A stretch of DNA of 25,351 nucleotides from NCBI GenBank assembly GCA_029856365.1, contig JAHQWW010000049.1, positions 1-25,351 of the forward strand. Reading direction: 5' to 3'. The stretch is from Candidatus Hodarchaeota archaeon (GTDB lineage Archaea; Asgardarchaeota; Heimdallarchaeia; Hodarchaeales; Hodarchaeaceae). Below the pieces are notes generated by a model. That model had not been told where the DNA came from, made no database searches, and saw only the letters and a program-made list of their open reading frames with translations. Position numbers and translations under genes: made by a program. Every line of letters starts with the position of its first letter. Position 1 is the first letter of the stretch. Positions 18,725 to 25,351 of this stretch are shown here, in pieces.

Positions 18725-19819
18725 TTGAAGGTTGTATTAATTACAGAAGCATTTGGAGGGATAGCAACATATTCTGAATTTCTTTTACGAGAACTCAATG
18801 CAATTGCAGGAATAGATTCTAGGGGAATCTGGGTTTTATACCCACAAAACTATGAAGAACAGAATATAACAAAATTCATTCCCTCAAAAAGAATAACTTT
18901 AAAGATACCTTGCTCAGACTGTTTTAAAGATCTATTAATAACAAGAATCAGGCGGGATCCAAGTGAGATTATTCATTTTCAGTATGATCTAAGTATATTT
19001 CCATCACAGAATCATTTTTTGGAACTATTAAAGGAGATACGAAGACAAGCGAGCAAAAAGGTCATTATTACTCTTCATTCAATATATACTGATCATTTAT
19101 TCATTAAAATGATTAATAATTGTCAAATGTTTACTGACATATTTATAGTCCATCAAGAAAACGCAAGAAATTTCCTTATATCAAAAGGAATGAATCCTAA
19201 TAAAATAGCTACTATACCCCATGGTTCTCCTATTATAAAACCAAATTCTTATAAAATTCGTTTTTTTAAAAAAAATCTGTTTAAAATCGTAATGGTGGGA
19301 TTTTTAAAAAAAACGAAAGCTTTTAAAGAAACGCTCTCATCATTAATCACCAAAGACGACCTCGAAATTATTGTAGCTGGAATGGTCAAAGAATCTGAAG
19401 TAGTAAGGCAAATTGAACAATTGAAACAGAAAGCTAAGGCGACACTGACCATTATCCCTCGCTTTTTAACAGATCAAGAATTCATGGCTTTGATGGAAGA
19501 AGCTAATTGTATAATCCTGCCTTATGAACAGAATTATTTCTCTTCTTCTGGGATCTTACATTTTGCTGCTGGTATGAAAAAAATTGTATTGGTATCTCCC
19601 TCTCCAAAATTCAGAGAATTAACTAAAAAAATACCATTTTGCAGTGTAAACAATGGTAACTACTTAAAACGTATTGAAGTATTGCAAAATTCACCAGAAA
19701 TAGTAAATCAAGTAAAAGAAAAGATGGCATCATTCGCTAGAGATACTTCTTGGCCGATCATTGCAAAAAAGACCTTTAAATTATATAAAAATGTTTTAAG
19801 AAATAATTACCCCCATTAA
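18725..19819 (+). CDS. GT-B (GT4-like) glycosyltransferase
   Basis: GGIATYS, IIHFQY, ITLH, IPHGSP, IILPY....SSGIL, SW..IA. Confidence 0.85.
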   Translation: MKVVLITEAFGGIATYSEFLLRELNAIAGIDSRGIWVLYPQNYEEQNITKFIPSKRITLKIPCSDCFKDLLITRIRRDPSEIIHFQYDLSIFPSQNHFLELLKEIRRQASKKVIITLHSIYTDHLFIKMINNCQMFTDIFIVHQENARNFLISKGMNPNKIATIPHGSPIIKPNSYKIRFFKKNLFKIVMVGFLKKTKAFKETLSSLITKDDLEIIVAGMVKESEVVRQIEQLKQKAKATLTIIPRFLTDQEFMALMEEANCIILPYEQNYFSSSGILHFAAGMKKIVLVSPSPKFRELTKKIPFCSVNNGNYLKRIEVLQNSPEIVNQVKEKMASFARDTSWPIIAKKTFKLYKNVLRNNYPH

Positions 19820-20057
19820 ATGAAATATGTAGATTACTCAATGGTTTAAAGGTGAGGTAGACAATTTTTTGAATATCCTATAAAAATCACCTAATAAGAT
19901 CTATATTTTTCAACAGTTAAGGTAAGAATTAGAAAAGGAATGTTATAATGAGTTCATCACTAATATTTTGCTGTAATAATTTGTTTGAGACCAACCCTTA
20001 TGTAAAACTAATTTACTAATATTATATTTTTAGAATGATTATATTTAGCACATCCTA

Positions 20058-20498
20058 TCATACAGAGGTTACTAGAAGTAAACCTAGTCCCATTATTGGT
20101 ATTGCAAACCCTTTTCCTTGCGTTTTTACTTCCTTTAATAATAATATTCCAAGTAATATTGAAAAAACAATACTAATTGATCGAAATGCCATCACATAAG
20201 ATACTAGCTGCAATATTAATGCAAGATTCCTAGCAATCACACTTAAAACAAGTAAAATACTTAGAAAAAAGATTTGTTGAAAGTTCTTATTGGAAATACT
20301 TTCTCTTGGGATTGGTTTTTCTTTATCAAATAAACTTCTCTCTCTTCGTAACGGCTTTCTTGTGCCAAAAGAATAAAAAAACAACCCTAAACCGAGATAA
20401 ACTAAAACAGTGCCAAAAAAGGCATCTGATTCTTGAACCAAAACCTTAGATTAAATTGTTATTATACTGGTTATCAATACGCTTGTAATCAAAGCTCC
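20058..20498 (-). pseudogene. EamA/DMT-family transporter, 3' fragment
   Basis: VSYVMAFRSISIVFSILLGILLLKE; the in-frame upstream extension GALITSVLIT.. contains a stop; the 5' half is absent. Confidence 0.7.
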
Positions 20499-20540
20499 TC
20501 AAGCTTGGTTTAATTATGTTGAAGAGGGGGTTCCACCCAA

Positions 20541-21410
20541 ATGAATTTGATCCTTCAAGGAAAAATCCTTACTCCAATAATAACTAAACGAACATCTTTT
20601 CGGTTTAAAGAATTCTATTTTAAGATTACTAAACCTCGTAGACGTTACTATAATAAAATAATCTCATTAAAACCCATGTACCCTTATAGTTTGATCTGTT
20701 ATTTGGGAGAAATCGAAGTGCAATGTTTTTGCAAGACAAAGACCTTATTAAGAAGAAAACTGAAGAAATTACTCTGTATTGAATTTATAGGCCGATTTTG
20801 GAGTGAAGGATTAGGCCAAATTCGCTGGATAGAGGGATATATTGACCACTCTGCAAAGAAGAAAATCAAGCCGATAAGAAAGGTCAAAATTCGTAAAGGA
20901 TTACCAGATCAAATATCAAAGAAAGTTCAAAAATTAGTTCAGTACGCTCTGCTTCACGATTTTTACACTACAAGTAGACATAAGTCAAAAATTTATGGAG
21001 AACCAGAAATAAATAATACAAAATTATTAGAACTATTAAGACAACACCATGAAAAAACAGATAATCCTTTAATTCAAACATTTCAACATTATGATAGATT
21101 GGGAGCTAGAATGACACGCAAGTTTCGCTCTCCTCGTACAAATAGATATAATTGGTACGCAATTGAGACAATTGACTTTGCAAACCTCGTAGATGAGATT
21201 GTAGAAGTAGCTGATCATCCATGGAAGCTTTATGAATACATTTATCAAAGTGAAGAATTGTCGCATCTAACTGAGTCATTACAGCATGGACATACATCTT
21301 TACGAAGACACCTGCTAATAGTGACGAATTTAATTGTGCATGACTACCTAAGTAATAGGTTATGTTTTTGCACCCCAAACGATTCAGAATACCGTTGCCA
21401 ACATGTATGA
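20541..21410 (+). CDS. RAMP (Cas5/Cas7-like) domain fused to a circularly permuted HD nuclease domain (Cas10-type HD order)
   Basis: N-terminal strand ILQGKILTPI, G-rich loop IGRFWSEGLGQI, ALLHD (139-140), HH (169-170), D185, TSLRRH (257). Confidence 0.7.
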   Translation: MNLILQGKILTPIITKRTSFRFKEFYFKITKPRRRYYNKIISLKPMYPYSLICYLGEIEVQCFCKTKTLLRRKLKKLLCIEFIGRFWSEGLGQIRWIEGYIDHSAKKKIKPIRKVKIRKGLPDQISKKVQKLVQYALLHDFYTTSRHKSKIYGEPEINNTKLLELLRQHHEKTDNPLIQTFQHYDRLGARMTRKFRSPRTNRYNWYAIETIDFANLVDEIVEVADHPWKLYEYIYQSEELSHLTESLQHGHTSLRRHLLIVTNLIVHDYLSNRLCFCTPNDSEYRCQHV

Positions 21411-21505
21411 AAGTAGAAGGACTGGATATGTTGGTGTTAAAGGGTTCTGGTTGTATATCCGATTGAATAAATCGGAGAAATCCTTAAGACACCCGACCTA
21501 GGATT

Positions 21506-21536
21506 GGGTATGACTATTCAAGTTGAAATAAGACCC
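21506..21536 (+). promoter_or_regulatory. Kink-turn in the rpl7ae leader
   Basis: GGG-UAU-GA-C-UAUU..AAUA-A-GA-CCC: C-stem, 3-nt bulge, tandem G.A pairs and NC-stem; SD GGAGGT at 21538-21543. Confidence 0.8.
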
Positions 21537-21552
21537 TGGAGGTCGTAAAAAA

Positions 21553-21930
21553 ATGAGTAAACCATTCTATGTGAATTATGAACAACCTGAAGGATTGGAC
21601 AGCGATGCTTTGGCATTACTCGAGAATGTCAGCACCGAACCAGCAAATATCCGCAAGGGAACGAATGAAACCACAAAAAGTATTGAACGTGGTGAAGCTA
21701 AATTAGTTTTTATTGCGTTAGATGTAGATCCACCAGAGATTGTCGCACATTTGCCCCTACTTTGTAAGGATAAGAAAATCCCTTATCTTTATATTAATAG
21801 CAAAGATGAACTTGGAAAAGCCTGTAATCTTGGCGTGAGGACAGCTAGCTGCTCAATTATTAACGAAGGTGAAGTCAAAGCCAAAGTCGACAATCTTGCT
21901 GTTCGAATAAAAGAATTAGCTGGGATATAA
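21553..21930 (+). CDS. rpl7ae: 50S ribosomal protein eL8 (L7Ae)
   Basis: IRKGTNETTKSIERG, ALDVDPPEIVAHLP. Confidence 0.98.
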   Translation: MSKPFYVNYEQPEGLDSDALALLENVSTEPANIRKGTNETTKSIERGEAKLVFIALDVDPPEIVAHLPLLCKDKKIPYLYINSKDELGKACNLGVRTASCSIINEGEVKAKVDNLAVRIKELAGI

Positions 21931-21942
21931 GGAGTTGTCTGA

Positions 21943-22158
21943 ATGAGTGAGGAAGAAATCTCTACTCCCGCTGAAGTCCTACAGATTATTGGACGTACTG
22001 GTGTAACAGGTGAGATTACACAAGTTCGTGTACGAATACTTGAAGGAAGAGATCGTGGACGGATTATTGTGCGTAACGTAAAAGGACCGATCAGAAAAGG
22101 TGACACCCTCTTATTGAGGGAAACGGAACGCGAAGCTCGGAATTTAAAACGGCCCTAG
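21943..22158 (+). CDS. rps28e: 30S ribosomal protein eS28
   Basis: [31 protein letters not shown]. Confidence 0.98.
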   Translation: MSEEEISTPAEVLQIIGRTGVTGEITQVRVRILEGRDRGRIIVRNVKGPIRKGDTLLLRETEREARNLKRP

Positions 22159-22170
22159 ACAAGTGAAAGG

Positions 22171-22377
22171 ATGTGTATAAACGTGGTTAGAATTTTTCCA
22201 TGTGCATTTTGTGGCCATGATGTAGAACCTGGAACTGGTATTTCCTTCGTCCGTAAAAGCGGGCAAGTCGTTCGATTTTGCAGTCGTAAATGTCGTCGGT
22301 CTTTGATTGACTTTAAACGCGATCCTCGAAAATTCAAATGGACCAAGAAATATACCCCGAAGATGAAAACAACGTAA
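22171..22377 (+). CDS. rpl24e: 50S ribosomal protein eL24
   Basis: CAFCG..EPGTG..FCSRKC..RDPRKFKWT; the start may be GTG 22183. Confidence 0.95.
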   Translation: MCINVVRIFPCAFCGHDVEPGTGISFVRKSGQVVRFCSRKCRRSLIDFKRDPRKFKWTKKYTPKMKTT

Positions 22378-22394
22378 GAAATGATTAAGAAGAG

Positions 22395-23174
22395 CTAGGA
22401 TTCTTCCTGTTCAGGAGTGCTATTTTCTTCTTTTTCTTTCCCTTCTTCTTGAATATCAGTTTCTTCATCTGTGAGGGTAGTTTTCTGGTAATCAAAAAGA
22501 TCAACGAATTTGACAACTTTGAAATTGAGAAAATCCCTGAGATCTGTTGCAAGAGTATATTTTGCAATCGCTAGGCCTTCCATAAAGATAAGATAATTTG
22601 GCAAAGAAACAGATATGGTGTCAGGATCTTCTGACACTTCGATAGTGATCTCATCCATATTGATTCCTGGAAAACGGCGAGAAATTATTTCTTTTCGTAT
22701 TTCTTCTTCCTCCTCTAGATGTTCTACCACAGTAATATCGAATATCAAATCCTTTCCTGCAAGAGGATGATTAAAATCAATGCGTGATCGGCCTCCGCCG
22801 ACTGAAACTATAGTTCCGCTTCGACCTGCCAGTTGTACTCGATTTCCAACCCTTGGGTCAAGATTAGCTTTTCGAAGTCGTTTTGTTGGAACCATTTCAA
22901 TTTTTTTGCTGTCTCTTTCACCGTACGCATCTATTGTTGCAATTTCAAAGGTTTGAGGAGAATTTAGCTCAAGTCCTATAAGACTTCGAGCTAGTCCTGG
23001 AATTAAAAATTTCTCATCCCCGACACGACACAACAGGGGTTTATATGTACGTTTTTCATCAAATATTCGCTCAGAGCGAGCAATATCTTCCAATGTTGTA
23101 TCAAAAACTTTAGAATTTTCTTTTAGGCGGCCAGTATAATCAATTTTCACCCAATCATCTTCAGCAATCGGCAT
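22395..23174 (-). CDS. Long-type archaeal FKBP peptidyl-prolyl isomerase
   Basis: DYTGRL..VFDTT, AYGERD, DFNHPLAGK, extra C-terminal domain and acidic tail. Confidence 0.93.
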   Translation of the reverse strand: MPIAEDDWVKIDYTGRLKENSKVFDTTLEDIARSERIFDEKRTYKPLLCRVGDEKFLIPGLARSLIGLELNSPQTFEIATIDAYGERDSKKIEMVPTKRLRKANLDPRVGNRVQLAGRSGTIVSVGGGRSRIDFNHPLAGKDLIFDITVVEHLEEEEEIRKEIISRRFPGINMDEITIEVSEDPDTISVSLPNYLIFMEGLAIAKYTLATDLRDFLNFKVVKFVDLFDYQKTTLTDEETDIQEEGKEKEENSTPEQEES

Positions 23175-23196
23175 TTTGTTTCCTCAAAATTTAAAA

Positions 23197-23664
23197 TTAT
23201 TTGTCGTGACTGTTATTTCGATCGACTACAATCAGTTTCAATTGATATCCCTGCTTACAGTCAACAGATTCATCTAAGATATCAACGATCCTAAATTTTT
23301 CACCTTCTTCAAGATAACTTGGTCGACAATGGTGATAGTAGTGGGGACATTCAATTAAATCGCAATCACGATGGTTAAAGGTAATAGTTGCTCCCTCTAC
23401 AGCAAGTTTTGCCCCTGTTGTAACTATATAGGACGGTTCGAATATTTCAACCGTCTGAACTCCTTGCGCAAAAACATCACAAGGATGAATTGTTTCTTTT
23501 ACGCTAGCAACCTCATAAATTCTGTTTTTTTCAAGTTTTAAACAAACACCACGAAGGCGGCATTCGGAGCATTCTTCGGTTTCACCAATAAAAATAAACT
23601 TATTTCCTGGTTTTGACTGCTTTACACCTAAAAGCGTGATTTTTAAGGGTTTGTCTGCAGTCAA
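23197..23664 (-). CDS. UPF0179 family archaeal protein
   Basis: ITLLG..G.KFIF.G..ECSECRLRGVC..L...R.YEV......HPC; Cys-rich second half. Confidence 0.85.
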   Translation of the reverse strand: MTADKPLKITLLGVKQSKPGNKFIFIGETEECSECRLRGVCLKLEKNRIYEVASVKETIHPCDVFAQGVQTVEIFEPSYIVTTGAKLAVEGATITFNHRDCDLIECPHYYHHCRPSYLEEGEKFRIVDILDESVDCKQGYQLKLIVVDRNNSHDK

Positions 23665-23786
23665 GAGGTTTTTTACTCCATATAAATCGATGTATTTTGG
23701 AATGTGAGGCTATTTGATAGATATTAATATTTGAACTTATTTTTTTCTTCTTTTCACCTAAAGACTAAATACTCTCATAAATGACA

Positions 23787-24350
23787 TTATTGCTTTTGGT
23801 CTCCAAGATACTCAAGTTCTTTCCTTCTTAATTCTTCCATGTTACTACATCTGGCATAATCTTTGAGTAGCTTTGAATTCAAACTTAGAAACTGATTTCC
23901 CCAATTAAATATAGACATTAATTCTTTTGCTGTTTTCTTATCTCTTAACACAAAAAATGCAGCTGCAAGAGCCTCAACACTGGTCAGTTTTATCGGTTTC
24001 CCATAATTAGTTGGATTTGCTGCAATTAGAAACGGAAGTCTCCTCAAATTTGGAAAATTTTTTGCAAAAATCTCTTCGGCGTGGTTCCAGGAGCAATCTA
24101 GAACAGTTAATCCAGATCGAACAAAAATCTTGTGATCCTTATATGAAAGAATATCCTCTGTGAGTGGATTTAGAATCAGTGAAAAGCGAGGAATATGGGG
24201 GATACGCTTAACAAACCTCATGACATTAATGGACGGTAGTCGATTTTGCCTAAATTTCTGCCAAGTTTTTATTCCCGTACATTTCTTTGGATCACATTGG
24301 TTTGCATGAAAAATCGTAATTACAGATCTAAACCCTGACTTATTTTTCAT
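23787..24350 (-). CDS. tsr3: SSU rRNA aminocarboxypropyltransferase Tsr3
   Basis: QCDPKKCTG, LDCSW, RRLPFLIAANPTNYGKP..LTSVEALAAA, FNWG; start placed at ATG 24350. Confidence 0.95.
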   Translation of the reverse strand: MKNKSGFRSVITIFHANQCDPKKCTGIKTWQKFRQNRLPSINVMRFVKRIPHIPRFSLILNPLTEDILSYKDHKIFVRSGLTVLDCSWNHAEEIFAKNFPNLRRLPFLIAANPTNYGKPIKLTSVEALAAAFFVLRDKKTAKELMSIFNWGNQFLSLNSKLLKDYARCSNMEELRRKELEYLGDQKQ

Positions 24351-25031
24351 AATAATATTCGCCTTGGTTTTTTTGGAGTCGGTCAAGCTTAGAATCGAGT
24401 TTATTTACTCGTGGACGTCCACTCCTAGGGTCTCGTCGAAAAGTAATTTTGAGATTACCAAGAAAACGGTTCATTCCTGTTCTAACGGAAGATGGTGAAT
24501 AGGCTTTTCCATAAATGCCTGACTGTCCAAGGAATACTATTATTCGATCACTTGCGTAATCTTGAAAAACAATATCATGCTCAACAACAAAACTTGCCGC
24601 CTTTCGACTTTTGATATGCCTACGGATGATCTTAGCTGCAGTAAGTCTGTCTTCAATGGATAAAAACGCTGATGGCTCGTCAAATAAGTATAAATCAGCA
24701 TCTTTAGCTAGAGTACTCACAATGGCAACTTTTTGCAGTTCTCCCCCGCTTAGATACTTGAGTGGTTGATCAAATAGCTCAGATAATTGAAAAGGATGGA
24801 TTATTTCACTTTTAAACTGAGAAGTAGCAATAATTGCTCCTCCTGTTTTTAAGAGGAAAGCTTCAACCGTTTGATCTCCATTCAGTGAGATATATTGAGG
24901 TTTATATGACACTTGGAGGGTCTCTGTTGTATCCTCCTCTGTGTCTGTTTTTTTGTCAAGAAGAGTTTTGTCAACTGTTCCTGAAGTAGGTGACTCTAGA
25001 CCCGCTAGCATTTTAATAAAAGTAGTTTTTC
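24340..25031 (-). pseudogene. rli: 3' portion (NBD2) of ribosome recycling ATPase ABCE1/Rli1, cut within Walker A
   Basis: KTTF..SYKPQY..LSGGELQ..DEPSA..VVEHD..TFRRDP.SGRPRVNK..GEYYY; codons upstream of 25031 are unrelated. Confidence 0.9.
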
Positions 25032-25107
25032 TGATGTGGGGAATGATCCTCAACTCGTTGAGTTTATAAAATCCAATATCATATTTGAAAAAATTCAGTT
25101 TTATAAA
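25032..25107. other. Candidate end of an inserted element next to the ABCE1 break
   Basis: TGATGTGGGG start, hairpin CTCAAC-TC-GTTGAG (25049-25062), AGTTTTATAAA at 25061-25071 and 25097-25107. Confidence 0.4.
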
Positions 25108-25351
25108 TGTATTTGCTTTTAAATCACACTCTTCAGTATCCGCTAAAAAAATGATAGATCTAACCATGAAAAAGTGCAATAGTATTTTATTACGGAATTA
25201 TCTCCTCTTAAATATATTAATATAATTTCATTTTATAAACCATTAAAAAGGACAATGCCTTCGATGCTTCAAGAATTATACTTGCCAATAAATACAATGT
25301 GCGTTATACTCGGATATCAAATCGGAATTTATCTTCTGTACGAGTATAACC

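Noticed and set aside
21522-21550. GTTGAAATAAGACC resembles the start of archaeal CRISPR repeats
   Set aside because: Single copy, no ATTGAAA-type end, and it is explained by the K-turn and SD; no array was found in the window
25031-25060. Minus-strand TTCCCCACATCAG|AAAA resembles a spliceosomal 3' splice site that could restore the GGA codon
   Set aside because: No spliceosome is known in archaea, there is no clear branch point, the donor site is not visible, and such a short motif arises easily by chance
25032-25179. N-terminal 50 codons of the 279-aa ORF
   Set aside because: Chance open frame with no similarity to ABCE1 and no intein or intron hallmarks

Overview
Low-GC archaeal DNA, most likely Asgard. 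This is inferred from eS26 together with eL8/eS28/eL24, two histones, strong GGAGGT(GA) Shine-Dalgarno (SD) sites and a RAMP-HD gene. Core translation and chromatin genes are present: uL16, eS26, L7Ae-eS28-eL24 with a K-turn leader, Tsr3, the 3' part of ABCE1, UPF0179, a single-OB SSB, three FKBPs and two histones. They are interleaved with accessory genes and mobile-element debris. Main candidates: (1) an opine dehydrogenase coupled to a single-chain B12 glutamate-mutase-like enzyme, near decaying hydantoinase/oxoprolinase genes and an AsnB-like ligase lacking Cys1; (2) an orphan RAMP-fold/permuted-HD fusion with no CRISPR array; (3) ABCE1 broken inside its second Walker A motif; (4) a histone variant lacking the tetramerisation His; (5) an unannotated 31-aa basic protein. 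Two IS-derived elements have boundaries readable from the sequence (terminal inverted repeats plus target-site duplications). All family calls come from motif recognition by eye; no searches were run.
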